Shown: positions 1 through 13,443 of the stretch, piece by piece
Numbering within the stretch: the stretch's first letter is position 1
How the letters are laid out: every line of letters begins with the position of its first letter
DNA from: Trichosphaerium sp. ATCC 40318
Lineage: Eukaryota > Protista > Tubulinea
Direction of reading: 5' to 3'
NCBI GenBank assembly: GCA_038496445.1
Contig: JALMLS010000143.1
Span: 186,001-250,000 of the forward strand
DNA length: 64,000 bases
Program-made: the position numbers and the translations under genes
Notes under the pieces: model-generated
What the model saw: the letters and a program-made list of their open reading frames with translations, nothing else
Database searches by the model: none
What the model was told of the DNA's origin: nothing

Positions 1-3000
1 ATGACTTGCCTTTAAACTTGTTGTAGCTAGCGAAATACTCGCGTCCTTCGGATTTTCTGTGGCCTACACAATGCATTAAATAGTTATGATTCTATTTAAA
101 TTGTAGACATACTGGGTATGGTCTACCAGGAGCCACATAACACAGTATAATTGTTTTTTCTGTAGTTTTTGCATATTGTGTTACGTATGAAATATTGCTA
201 CAATGTGTCAACAACAAAGTTTAGCGTATTGCGTATACGTACGATGAGAAATAGTATCCTTCGCCATACCTAATTATTGTGTGTTACGAAGATCACGTGT
301 ACAAAAGAAAAATGGTACCATCCAAGTGCTGTTTTCATATTACTTAAATTCTCTTGGAATATCAATTTAAGCGCTTCCTCTTCTATACCATGAGCCATCA
401 AGTACACAGGCTATATAAAAATTCCATTAGTGTATTAAAAGCTATTTTCATAGTATAACATATGGGCACAACGAAGGATTATTTGTTTCTTTTTTTTTTT
501 TTTTTTCACGTGCAACTTGTGGTTTTTTCTTGTTCCATTTGTATTGATCTTTTAATGCGTTGAAGCATCGCAAAACTTTTCTCTGTGCGTTGTTATACTT
601 TTTACCAGACGCATCTTTCCGTGTCGAATTATTGGTACCTAACCTGCAATAACAATATCAGATGACCTCGAAAACTAAAAAACAGCTCAAAATTAAACAA
701 CTTACTCGTCTTTTTCAAGTTTATACGCCAAGTCAGATGTATATTGCTCAAACTGACTAGTAACCCACGCATTATGAGCCTTAATGAATATTTAATATAG
801 TGACCAAACGTTAATATAAGAAAGTGTCATGACGTGCCATAATTGCTTCTGTAATTTCAAAACCATCCGACTCTTGTAGTTTAAAAAAGTAATCTTTGAG
901 CCTCTTCAGTTCTCTTACAGCCACTGGGTCGTTCTTATTCATTAAATTCAGCGTTCTTGTAGCACTCCGTGAGCGCTTAGAAGAATGTCGCGATCCTTGC
1001 CTGAACCCTTGAAGACCATCCATCTCGCGCCAATCAAAATGCCATTGCCATGTCATCGCAAAATCTAATCTAAAGTTCGGTATCCAAGGATGTCGCCCAT
1101 TCTTAACTCCTACGGAAAAGAATTAAGTACGCAGTTTATGATAACATAACGCTAGTATTGAGGTACCTTCCTTGGTGTTCTTGTATTCACTATAGTACTT
1201 GTCAATGTGTGATTTTACTTCATTCGGTTTACTCCATAGTGACGAAGGTACATCACAAACTAAACCAAGCTACATTGTATGACATTCAAAGTACAGGTAC
1301 ATGTACATGTTTCGTACTTGTAAATCAGGAGATATCTTACATGCTGTTCTATCCTTGTAGAAGTCAATACTGAAGTTTGTTTTTGATTTAATCTGTCAAC
1401 CGACGTACGAACTGTTTTCCTGTTATCTTGGTGTAGTAGATCTCCCACATGAACGATAAAATGGATCCTGTCCTCAATGCAGTTTCAGCATAGTCATGAC
1501 CAAACTACAAATGTCACGTGGTATTAATGAATGCTTAGTACCATATTACAAGCCCATCCAGTTAATTGTTTGTAATTATTTGTTGAGCACTTCTTTTGTG
1601 GTAATTCTTTCATCCACTGTTTAGGTGGTTGAGTGGAATGTAATAGTATATTAATAGCGCTTGATTTATTAGGTATATTCATAAGAGCAACCTAGACAGA
1701 AGACAGTTTAGAAACTTGTTATCAAGTTTTTTTTGAATATTTCTCGAGTACCATAAGTGGTGTCAATCCTGCATTATTCGTTTTATTTACATCTATCCCT
1801 TGATTTATCAATATTCTTAGCACGTGGCAATCAGGGTTTTCAAGGCTCACTAAAATAAGATCTTTAAACACAAACACAATTGAATAAAAAATTGTGTTGT
1901 ACCTGCGTGATGCAGTGGTGTATTTCCTTTCTTATCAGTACTATTAACATCGATGCCACATTGATATAATGAATTTATTGTTCGCTTGATACCTTTACGA
2001 TCAATACCTAATTTCAAAGTCACGTGAGAATCACGTTTTTTTCAAGTTTTTTCAAAATAACAAGAAGAGTTGAAAGAGGTTGGTCTAATACCATTATTTG
2101 TTCGCCAAACTAATGTCCAATCTGCTCCGTATTTGAGCAACATTTTTGCTGCTTTTATTCTGTTCATAGAAGCTATAGAAAAAATGTTTGCACTAATAAA
2201 AGCACAAGATATATGACGTTACCTGCATGGAAAAACGGTGTACGCTCTTTAGAGTCCTTTAAATCAACACGTGCTTTCAATTTAATAAGCTCTTCCAAAC
2301 TCTGTAGCTTATTCGCAATAACTGGCACAAGAGCTTAGCGATTGTACAACAGAAATTGTGTTGGTTTTACCTGCAACATGAAGTGCACTATATCCTTGAC
2401 TGTCTCGTGTATCTACACCAGATCCTAGGTGTACCAACGCTCTTAAACAAGGTACACGTTCCTCTTCAGCTAATAATTGATTTCAATACGCCATAAGGAA
2501 GTTGTTTTCTTCGAGGTAAAATCCTCTAACCTGCTACATGTATTGGTGTCCTTCCTTTACCATTTTTTACGTCTAACTCAGCGCCCAAGTCTATCAAAAT
2601 TGATACATTCTCAACGCTACCGCTTTTTGCTTAATAAAACGTATATTTAGCTCGTGACTAATGCTAGCTAAAATACGCAAAACAACATAAAAAAAGTAAC
2701 ATTTCAAAAAAAATTCAAATATAATTTCTGTTTGTACCTGCAAGGTGTAATGGCGTATTATATGCGTTTCCTTGAGCGTTTATAGAAGCACCATGCATTG
2801 TCAATACACGAAATAAATCTGGTGGCGTCTTAGGATGCATTGAAGCAAGATGTAATGCTGTAATCTAAGGAGAGAATAAAAAGCTAAAAATAATAAACTT
2901 ACGGCATGAAGCCGTAAAAAAAAAAGAAAAAAACAATCCCCCGTCGTGAAAACTTTAAATCACGTGTGGACATGTACAAAAAAAAAAGATAAAATAACCT

Positions 3001-3578
3001 CTTACGCCTATTTGCTCGTCTTTGTAGTTTAAATCGATCCGTGATTCTCTTATAAGCGCACGAAGTTCTGTGACATCTACTCCTTTTTCTGACGCTAATG
3101 CTTGTAGAAATAAGCGGCTATAAGGCGCCAAAAAGAGTTAGTTAACGAAGTTTAGTCAAACAAAACAACAAAAAAAAAAAAGAGAGAGGTGGTGTAAGAT
3201 GCAGCTAATGTTGTCATAACCGCCAATACTATAATGAAAAAAAGATAGCACTTTAAAGCTCAAAGGAGAACTTCTTTATATTCTCCCATACTGGCCAAAA
3301 AAAAAAGCCAACTGCAGTAGGAATAATAGGGTTGATGATATGTTGTATCTTTTCTTTACTGGTTTTTGTCAAACAGAAAACCTCTTCGTGTAGTTTTGTA
3401 AATAAATTTTTTTTTGAAACTTTTTTTTTTAACCGTACTATATTCGCTCTTCTACCTTCAACTCCTCCGTCTGCTCTTCGCTAGTCTCACTAGAGAACTT
3501 TATACTCTCATGGGATTTCGAAGAGCGATCTTGCTGTACATTTACGCGTTTTGCTACCCTGTGTATTGTATTACCCAT
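1..3578 (-). CDS. Ankyrin-repeat + PARP catalytic domain protein (tankyrase-like architecture), multi-exon, 3' end runs off the left edge
   Basis: Spliced model starts MGNTIHRVAK (ATG 3578). Ankyrin exons include ITALHLASMHP...GASINAQGNAYNTPLHLA. C-terminal exons give FEITEAIMAHNAWVTSQFEQY, PVYLMAHGIEEEALKLIFQENL and GWYGEGYYFSSNISYVTQYA...IILCYVAPGRPYP, matching the PARP HG / YGxGxYF / CxVxxG signatures. Confidence 0.88.
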
Positions 3579-4106
3579 CAGGCTTGTATATCCCTTGTTT
3601 TTGAAAAAAAAAATAAACCAAAAACCAATGAGAGATGCTTGATAACTAAAAATGACGTTCCCAATCACGATTTTATTGACTCTTGTTGACACTATTTTCT
3701 TTAATACTATGTACATACGCCAATGCGAACCAGTACGCGACGGTTGGGACACGTGATGCAAAAAAAACTGTGCTTTAGGAAAACTTGCCCGCAGTTTTGG
3801 TAGTAAAAAACACAATAACGTTTAAACTCACTACTATGATACACGTGACTCCAAAGAACAACTTCTGTCACATTTTAACTCATTACAGGTTTTGATAACT
3901 AGCGCTAGCCCGATAAACAAAAGTTACTGCACACCATGGCTGAGGTTCCATCAAAGGGAATGGATCGCTCACTGCTAACACAAATGCTAGTGCCAGCTAA
4001 AGGTCGCCACGCTCATAGGTGGTGTACCACAAATAGTTTCTTTGTGGAGCTATTACTTTAGTAGTCGTAATTGTTAGTAATGCACAGCTTTCCGTATTGG
4101 TTTAAG

Positions 4107-5056
4107 TTAATCAGATTTATTCATTTCTTCATGTTCTTTTAGTTCTTTTGACAAATCCCTAAATAGGTTCTTTCCTTTCGTTTCACGTGTCCAACCGATA
4201 GGGTTAGCATGTTTAGCGCTTTCTCTTTCTTCAATGAGTTTATAGTATCGTTTAACGAATCTATAATTGCCAATCGGGAAGCCATGCCTTACCAAGTATC
4301 TAAGCAATGGAAAAAATGCACAATCAGCAATCGACATTTTCTCACCACCAAGGAAAGTCGTTTTCTCAAGATAGACATTCCATAGATTCTCCATTTCGTG
4401 CTCAATAGCCTTCCTAGCCTTTATGACTTCAGGGATATGTGGTAGATAACAAGCTTTCTTCTCAAACAGGTACTCAAGCGGATCAATAAGCATTCCGAAA
4501 GAATCGCTTTCTGCTTGACGCATGTACACAATTGCTGCTTCTCTAGGATCGCTTGGAACCAAGGAAACAGTCTTGTATTGCTGTTCAAGGTACAATAGGA
4601 TGGCTTGAGACTCGTACATGACCAGAGGATCGCCTTTTTCGGGCGTCTAAAAAAAAAAAGGTTAAAAACGGTTTTTACGCTTTTATCTAACATTTGTGTC
4701 ATCTATCATTGTTGGTGTTTTTCCTCGTGGATTGATAGCGTAGAAGCGAGGTATTCTCGTTTGTTTTATTGGTTTTGACATAACTTTCAAACGAATAGCT
4801 TTATACCTATCGTATTAGTCAATACATATGTTAAAACCGCGTATGGGGTAATTTTAAACGGGTCTTACTCTAGTTTTTTCTCATGAAGCGCCATCATTAC
4901 GCGCATTGAAGGAGTAGAACCATTAGCCCAATACAAGGTTATTCCTACATGGTGTTATTTATACTTCATGCTTGAACACAACTTCAGCTTTTAATTACCT
5001 TGTGGTTTATGGCTAAGGTCAAGATGTGGAAATGGGCCAGTCCGTGCTTCGGCCAT
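4107..5056 (-). CDS. Glutathione S-transferase (theta/rho-like), multi-exon
   Basis: Spliced N-terminus MAEARTGP...ITLYWANGSTPSMRVMMALHEKK, INPRGKTPTMID, YESQAILLYL; C-terminal FLGGEKMSIADCAFFP. Confidence 0.92.
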
Positions 5057-5238
5057 AGTGTTTCAACGTTAAAAAACAGCCAAACAGTTAAATGAACGCA
5101 GTTATGAGAATTTTTCCGTAAATGTCACAAAACACCATGTGTACGCAGTTTGCATACCTTACTATGTAGCACATACTCTAGCGATCACCTACAACATTTT
5201 AACAATTAGAACGGTTGCATCAGGAATGACTCAGGCAC

Positions 5239-7340
5239 ATGTTCAGTGAACTATTGCGAGTAGTTGTAGCAGCCAACTTAACGCGCTTCCCAACTCACTA
5301 TTCGCAACAGTGTAATATGTTTCAGGTGCTCAAGTATAATTCGCGGTCATACAGCCGTTATTCACGGCGACCAAGAACACAGCGGCGGTTTAGATCTAAA
5401 GTAATATCTAAAAACACTGTTATTAAACGATCACGCTTTGGTGCTACCGCTTTAGCGTTTTTAACGGCTTCTGCTGGATTATTTCTCTCAGTACATAATT
5501 TTCCTCTGTTTCGCGTCTATTACGATTCCAATCATCGGTAGGGAGTATTCGTCACCTTGGTTGGGTTTCCAATTGGATCTCGGTTCATATTTCCTTATTT
5601 CGCAAAAGTACGCCTCAAACTTACTTCTAGTACCTTGCCGTACCAATGAAAGTACTATTAGCTTGGTTTTTATTCAAAACCTAAAAAGAAAGCAACGCTG
5701 CCATTTGGTAGAAGTGAGGAGTTGTCACATTTAGAGAAATTACTCAAACGTACTCCTAATAATGTTTACATACTTGATGGCGAAGAAGAAATTACAGAAT
5801 TTGCAAGACATATTTCAGATAAAGCAGATAGATCACTTTATATCGTACGTGTCTGCAACACGTGGATTTTATTCTTAAAATCACAATAATATATATGTTC
5901 TTTAACCTCTTGTGTTGCTTCTTATTGAACACACAACCCGTCATGAGCATTTATGAGCTTGTTTTTGTAGTATAAAAACAATGACGCTTGTTACAGTTTT
6001 TTTCTAATTTTGTTTTTCTAGTGCTTCAGACGCTCAGTGAACGTCAATGCAGCAGTATGTGGTATTTATTACAATAAGCATCCTTTTGTAAAAATAATTG
6101 ATTGAGGTTGGTACTAGGTATTCAGGTTGAGCGAAAATGTATGGCTCCCAATGGGTATGTTTTTTTTTTTTGAAAAAATCAAACTTGTCAACTCTTCGAA
6201 CAATATTATTTGATTAAAGGATTGTAGGTGTTATTGGTGAAGTGACAGCCGCATACTTTAAACTGATACAAATACTCCTAAATACTCTATGTTCGAATAA
6301 TGGTATGTGATATTGGCGAAAAGTCTCAGACTTTTTTTTTAATTCTAAATACAAAGCAGGACAGAGATATGCTACTACGTTTAACTTTTTTGAGGTACAC
6401 GCTTTTTTATTGTTACTGTTCACTTACCTGATATGTTATCAAGCTCTTTGAGTATATATTACGTGGTGTAAAAATGATGAAGGTGGGACCTGGAGAGTAT
6501 CCCCTCGTTGTTATTGATCAAGTACTCATTTTTTTTTCACCTTTTTAAAAGTATCTTTCTTTGTTTTCTGACGTTTATCTTAATTGCATTAAATTGTTTT
6601 GTTGATATGTTACCAATTGTGTTACTGATATTAAGTTATTTGAAGCTTGATACTTTGATTACAAGACATGAAGGAGCAGAAGAGAAAATAACAAAGGATG
6701 TGTATCTTTCATTTTTACATACTGTTTCACGATGGGCTGTAAATATTTGCTGTGATTTACACCTTTGTCATGTCATAATGGTTGCATCGAAAGAGTATAA
6801 TGCAGAATCAATAGTTAAGCGTACGCCAAGAGGTTTTTCAATGTCACCTAAAAATATCAAAGCACTCCCTGTTTTCTTCTGTTTTTGTTGTTAATAGTTT
6901 TAATTATTGTATAGATCTTCCAGGCTTGGTAATTATTTGAGAATGTAATATTTATTACACCCTAACTATGTTAATTAGGAACGTCACTCAAAAATACTCA
7001 GACTTGAACCATTATCAAGGTCTAGACAAAATTCTCTCGTGACTAAACCTTCTAACTTTTTTGAAGTGATAAGAAAGTAGATTTTCTTCGTTTGAGCTTG
7101 AAGCATGACAGACGCACTGAAGTATTAGAATATTATGAGCGTGAGATATTAGCGTTTTCTAAAACAGAAGAAGATCTTCGTTGGGTAGTTGACTCTGTAA
7201 ATGAAGCAAATGAGAAAGGTACCTTCACGGTTCGTTTTGTCTTTTTCTTTTCTGACAAATCACGTCTTGTAGATGCACTAATCACTGTTGTAAAGTCACT
7301 AAGAGAACTTCACTTTCACCCTGGCATTATAAAGCTATAA
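5239..7340 (+). CDS. Probable mitochondrial membrane protein with degenerate P-loop ATPase-like domain (RNA12/Yme2- or archaeal-ATPase-like), multi-exon; 3' end uncertain
   Basis: R/S-rich presequence-like N-terminus then a hydrophobic segment; PFGRSEELSHLEKLLKRTPNNVYILDGEEEITEF; WAVNICCDLHLCHVIMVAS resembles the RNA12-like ATPase region. The start may be ATG 5317. Confidence 0.6.
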
Positions 7341-8126
7341 AATAGACATGAGAGTATTACGTAAAATGTACAATAACTTATTTCAAATAAGAAAAAAAAT
7401 ATTACTTCGAAAACCAGACTGTTAACTTGACATGACTTGACAATGGTTTCTCCTTTTTTGTACTTGTGGGAAGAAATACGCTTCTTTTTGACAATTTAGG
7501 AAAGAAATGGCATTGTCTTACCAATACTATTCTTGTGAGTACCTTCAAACTTTCTTTTAGCTTGACTAGGTAGTCTAGATTCTGCGCACTCAGGTAAAGA
7601 AACAAGCACCTGGTACAGTGTTGATTATGGTCAAATTTTTGTGTGAGAACCACGCTAGTTTACAAAAAAAACCTGTGCAAACGCGTACCTTTTAACGAAA
7701 GACAACTTTTTGTAGTGGTCAGGTAATGGTGATGCAGTTCGGAGCTGCGGTTTTCATATTTTAGTCTTCACCTAGCTTGTTATTCCCTTGATACAATTAA
7801 AATGGACAAGAACATTTTGCTCGCTCATTTGGCGAAGGTGCTTTAACAAAAAAACCAAAACGGTGTTGTATTTTCGTGCACTTTTTATCGCATTATTATG
7901 ATTTGAGCACGTGCTTTCAAAACTATCTTTGAACTGTAAAAAGACGCCTAGAACCTTGCTTGCGTGGAGTTCATTATTACCTAGCGCCATATCTTTTGTG
8001 TACTATTCTTTTGGCTCCTTACACGAACCTCACCAGTTTCTATGGCGTAGCGGTACAAGTAAATACGATCACATTTATTATTTGTCAGACTCGCTTTCAA
8101 AACCATTTTACCGGGTACACCAAACC

Positions 8127-8651
8127 ATGCGCACCTTATCATACCTAATACTCGCTTCCTTGTTTACCGTAGTATATCTACAAACCATTCAAAGAGTCCT
8201 TATTCACGCATCTCAGAGCTACCGTCACCCCAGCAACTATTTCATTGGCACCAGTAAATCACCTAGGAACGGCAGAAGCTTAACGCTAGAAACAATCCAT
8301 AAAAACGTTGTGTTTTATGAAATACCGCTAGCACAACAGGGATACTACGCGTATTCAATCGAAGCGAACACAGATTATTGTATGGACAGCAGTTCAGGTG
8401 TTGGAAATGGGTTGAATCTCAAGTTGTGGAAGTGCGATTTCCGAAACCCTAATCAAATGTTTCTAAAGCAGCATGTTAATGAACCCAGTTTTGGGTACAT
8501 TTACAGGTTAAGAAGTATTAAAGGATCCTATTATGTCGATAAAGGTAATGGTATCAGTAACGCTCAGAATGTACACATGTGGGCTGGAAGTTTTGATACT
8601 GCTGGTAATACAAACCAAGAGTTTTTTATAAATGTTCTCCCTAACAAATAA
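8127..8651 (+). CDS. Secreted ricin-B (beta-trefoil) lectin, intronless
   Basis: Signal peptide MRTLSYLILASLFTVVYL; YCMD...LKLWKC...NQMF and YVD...VHMW...NQEF (QxW/F repeats); AATAAA overlaps the stop. Confidence 0.85.
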   Translation: MRTLSYLILASLFTVVYLQTIQRVLIHASQSYRHPSNYFIGTSKSPRNGRSLTLETIHKNVVFYEIPLAQQGYYAYSIEANTDYCMDSSSGVGNGLNLKLWKCDFRNPNQMFLKQHVNEPSFGYIYRLRSIKGSYYVDKGNGISNAQNVHMWAGSFDTAGNTNQEFFINVLPNK

Positions 8652-9048
8652 ACAATATTCCAATTCAAAATGTGTACAATACACTTCGTTTTGTCAACTT
8701 AAACAAATGTAAAGAATACAATTACTTGTTCTTGATTAGCGTTCAGGTTAATGTTCCTTAAGAGAACTACTCTTTCCGCTTTTGGGAAAAGTACAGTCGT
8801 AGTTTAAAGTCAACAATATTGTTGCAATAAAACAAAATAAGTCATTTCAAAAAAAACTTGTGAGACCTCCCTGGCTTAAGTGCCTCTGTTTGTATGAACT
8901 ACCGTAACACATACAAACACTGTTCAGGTACTACCCTACAACTAGTCAATTCGAACCTCGCACAAAGTAATTTGATAGTCCTTGATAGTCAGCACGTGAT
9001 ACAGAAAGTCGAAATTTTTTTACTGTTCCCAATAAAACTACAACAACA

Positions 9049-9420
9049 ATGCCGAGCGCGGGGATGATGGTTACGTTATATAAATGGCTTCCAAAGGTAA
9101 ACGATAAAACCTGGGCTATTGTCATCCTCATACTGAATATCTTTCTCCCTGGTACATCCACAACGCTTGTAACAACGAATAACTAATAAAATTAAGGTAT
9201 TGGGACGTTAATAGCGGGATGTATGTTTGACCACACTAAAAGTATTCTTGTTGGCATCGTTCAGTTCTTTACTGCCTTTCTACTTATTGGCTGGCTATGG
9301 TCTGTAATTTGGGGAGTATTAATTGTCAAGCAGAGCAAGTACGTAAAGTTTTCTCAACCTCATATCTTTTTGCCATAATTTTTCAAAAATCACGTGTTTA
9401 GTCATTTCAACGCGCAGTAG
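9049..9420 (+). CDS. Spec3/stum-family small membrane protein, 3 exons
   Basis: Spliced: MPSAGMMVTLYKWLPKVNDKTWAIVILILNIFLPG/IGTLIAGCMFDHTKSILVGIVQFFTAFLLIGWLWSVIWGVLIVKQSN/HFNAQ*; LNIxxPGxGT and IGWxWSxxWG motifs. Confidence 0.85.
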
Positions 9421-10017
9421 TGCGTACAGTATACTTCTAACACTGGGATTTTTTTGTAGCTCTCACTTTTCATTGTAATATGGAAACTCCGAAATATGGC
9501 GTTTGCGTGTTGTCTACCAACCAAATAAATTCACAAAGGATCTTTTTGTTGGTACTGTAAAAAGCGAAGAATGAGAAGAATAGTATCCTGAAAATGTTGA
9601 TAATTTTCCTTCTTCGGTTGTTAGGTGTGAATCCATTCCGAAAATAGGCTTCCCACCATTATTTGATAGTCTCATGTTCTCTTTGAAGCGAAACCGAGTG
9701 GTTGGTGACCGTAGGTATTTCTTACATAATTCCGATCCATTCTTTTTTGCTATGTCTTTTTCTGGGCTTTTATTTACGACTGTACAGTGCCTACAGCGCA
9801 GTTGATGTCCCTTGTGCCACGTATTGGTTGGTTACCAATCATGCTAGATAGGCACCGGGCAGTAGGGTTCGCTTTGTGAGGCGATAAGCTCTTCTTGGAA
9901 GGTTATTTTATTTTGTACTCACAGGATAGATATGTGAGTTTTTTTCGTTAAGTCTCCGCTAGTCACAAATGCAAAAAACGAAACGAAAACGTTAAAACAC
10001 CTCGAATTCTAACCACT

Positions 10018-13000
10018 ATGAGAATAAGTATTGTAGTTTTTTTGTTCATCGTACTAGTACTAGCGAATCATTCGTGTTTGGGACAGAAGAGGTTTGAAGA
10101 TGCATATAGAGCCGCTAAAAACATGAATGAAACCTCTCACGTGCGCAAAAAACAAAATTCGGAATACAGTACCATGGTATTCGTTGTTTTTTTTTAATTT
10201 TTGATATAAAGGTTTGTGGGAATAGAGAAATAAAGTGTAATAGCAACGATGAAATAACAGAAATGTACTGAACTAATTACGACATTTTTATGAAATCGCA
10301 GCCTTATTAATTCATACTAGAACGTTGAGATGGCAGTATCCAGAAATGACACTTGAAAGCGACGCATTCGATCACTTGACTAATACTCTAGAAATTCTGT
10401 ACGCTTTTTTTTTTTTTGATTCACCAATGAATAACTTCTCTTGTATCTCTCTTATATATTTTAGGGAAATACACAGCGAATCAAGAGCAAGTTGGTCGTT
10501 TGAATTGAATGTTGGAAAACTAACAAACCTCAGAGAAATGTACACCAGTTTTTTGAACTAAGATCTTTAACGTTTATATTGCAGTTTTATCCAAGGAAGC
10601 AAAAGAGCTGCAGTTCTTAATTCAGATATTTGCTCTTTAACAAAGCTCACAGAATTGTACGTTGTATACTAATGTATCAGGTATCTAAAATCTTGTAGGT
10701 CTTTAAATTCTATTATAACAGGAAGTATACCTGACTGCATTGGAGACATGGTGAATTTGGAAAAAATGTAAAACTATTTCGACAAGAACTTCTGTAAACT
10801 GACTTTTCGCCAAGCATTTTGAGGGAAAACGACCCTGGCGTAGCGCCTAATACTCTCGTAGGATCTATACCTACTTCACTTCTTAGATTAAAGAAATTAA
10901 AATATATGTACGACAATCATCGTAAAACTATCATGTGACTGTTTTTTTCAGTTCAATCGCAGGAAAAGGAGTTACCGGATCTCTTCCTGCAGACTTTTTT
11001 AGTGAACTGACAGAATTGGAACACCTTGAAATCGCTACAACGTCTCTTGAAGGCAATCTTCCAAACATACCACTAACCTCTAAGATAACAACCTTGTGAG
11101 TATTTAAAGCACTTTAGTTTGCTAATGTTACCTTTCTTAGCCAAATATCCAATACCAAAGATTTAACAGGAACATTTCCTAGTTCATTGTACGATAATGG
11201 TCTAACTCGTTTGTGCGTTTTTCTCATCTCAATACTTGCAACAATAGAACGAATACGCACTAACATCTTTCTTATTATAGGGCACTCTCTGCGGACTCGG
11301 ATTTCGGGAAAACGTTTGACATAGCGCGACTTGCAGAACCGAATTGGATTGACTTGAAAATATTGTAGGTCTTTTTTAGTGCTTTAAAATACTAACTGTT
11401 GACCTTTCAGAATTCTCCGGCAATTTGATTTTAGAACTATCCCTGCTGAGATAGAAATGCTGGTAAATTTAACTCAATTGTACGCATTTGGTTGCGAGAG
11501 GCCTTGAAACAACACCTGAAATAGGCAAATTTTTTTTGATTTACGCTAAAATTAGGACTATGAATTCTTGTGAAGTAAGTGAACCACTTCCAGACTTTCT
11601 TGGTAGTCTACCCATCACACACTTGTAAGTGTCTATTTTTGCATCTAGAATAATTCCATGACTAAACGTGTTTAGGAATCTGGCAGACAATTTTATAAAT
11701 GGCACAGTACCTCCATGGGTGTTTAAAATCAATGAAGTGTATGCTCTTCCTTCTTTATTCGTAGTTTCTGTATAACCAGTGTAACCCTTTTTTTTTCAGG
11801 TACCTCAACGACAATATGCTTACAGGATCGCTTCCTCAACTAGATGAGACGAACACGACACTGGAAGAAATGTATAACAACAACTCAAACTTATTTTTTT
11901 ATTTACTTTTTCATCAGTGACTTGAGTGACAACATGTTAAGTGGAGAGCTTCCATGGGTACTAGGTGATTATCTAAAAGTGTACACAACCAATGATGATT
12001 TTATTTTTGGTTTTAATCTTAACTATAGGCATCTTCATAACAACAACTTCAACAGCGGCCTCGAAAAAATATTTAGCTACAAGCACGCTGGTTTTTTGTA
12101 AGTAAAAAGTGAACTTTATGACCACGCAATGCAAGTGACTAACTTCTTTGTAAGAAACCTTGGTCAGAACAACTTCAGTGGACCTCTGCCAGACATTAAA
12201 ACTAATAAAAGATTTAACAGAATGTACGCAGGCGTAAAGTGTTAAAAATTAACTTCTTCAGAGAGGTTCACAAAAACAAACTCACTGGACGGATTCCTGC
12301 CTCCTTCCTTGAGTTGAATGTAAACGTCTTGCGCTTGTCAGATAACGAGTTCACAGGAGAACTTCCTAAGATATCCAACCCCCAATTCCGTGAACTGTAC
12401 GCAGACTAGCTAAAATCACGTGTTCTTAAAGAAATATTCCTCTTTTTTTCTTAAAAGCTTACTTTTCCCCGCAGGTTCCTTGAGAATAACATGTTAGTTG
12501 GGCAATTGCCGAGCTACCTCCAAAATATCACTAAAGTGTATGTCATACGAAATACTAAGAAAAGATCTAATATCAATACTAGAAGAGTCGAAAACAATAA
12601 GTTCTGGTGCCCAGAAGTACAGTTTGTTAATTTTCCTGATTGGTACGCTATCTCCTCAAGGCCTTTAAGCTCTGACTATGAATACATCTAGTACTTTTAT
12701 TGATGGCAATTACTTTTGTGACAAAGAAGGCAATACATGTCCTACACTTTCAGTATCTGGCTGCAGCTGTTTGCCTCTTCCTATTGTTGTTCCTGGAGAC
12801 TTCGAACCGACTCAAGACGTTGTGTTCACCGAAAGAACTATTATTGAAGGCGACTTTACTCTAAATACAACAGCAACAATAAAATTACAAGACGATGACA
12901 ACTCCACAATCACAGTCAATGGTACGCTGTGAAACTATTAAAAAAAAAAACTAAACAAACAAAATCAAAGGTTGTGTTTTCAATAATGGTTCGATTGCGG

Positions 13001-13443
13001 TTGAAGTGAGATATCCTCCGCCATCTGGTACTAAAAACATCTTGTCGACACAATGCTACGTTGGTGATACAAATGTTGTATTTTCCGATTCTTCAGGTTG
13101 TGTTGGAGGTGACACTCAAAGAACAAATATTGGGTTAGACAAAATTGTTTTGATACTTTTTCGTAAACTGACGTTGAGTGCATAGCCTTTCAGTCTCTTT
13201 CACGGATTTATGTGATATAGAAAAAGGATTTTTTGAAGAAAACATACTCATGTTAGCTGTTGTAGGCGTTGGAGTGCTAGTACTCGTAAGAACAAGTTTT
13301 TTTTAACTTTGTCTTCATCGTTGTATTAATGATTAATGTTTTAGGTTACGCTAATTATTGGTACTCTTTCGCTTCCCTCTGTGCGAGGATTTTTAATACC
13401 ATGGCGAGTGAGCACACGTGATGTCAAGCCAGTACAACAGTAA
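10018..13443 (+). CDS. LRR receptor-like type I membrane protein (plant-type LxxNxLxGxLP repeats, Cys-rich/beta-rich stalk, TM, short tail), more than 20 exons
   Basis: Signal peptide MRISIVVFLFIVLVLA; exons such as LNDNMLTGSLPQ, LSDNMLSGELPW, LGQNNFSGPLP, VHKNKLTGRIPA; TM ILMLAVVGVGVLVL/VTLIIGTL; stop TAA 13441-13443. Confidence 0.88.

Noticed and set aside
3937-4035. Possible H/ACA snoRNA (two small hairpins, ACA tail)
   Set aside because: Stems are short and no convincing pseudouridylation pockets are visible.
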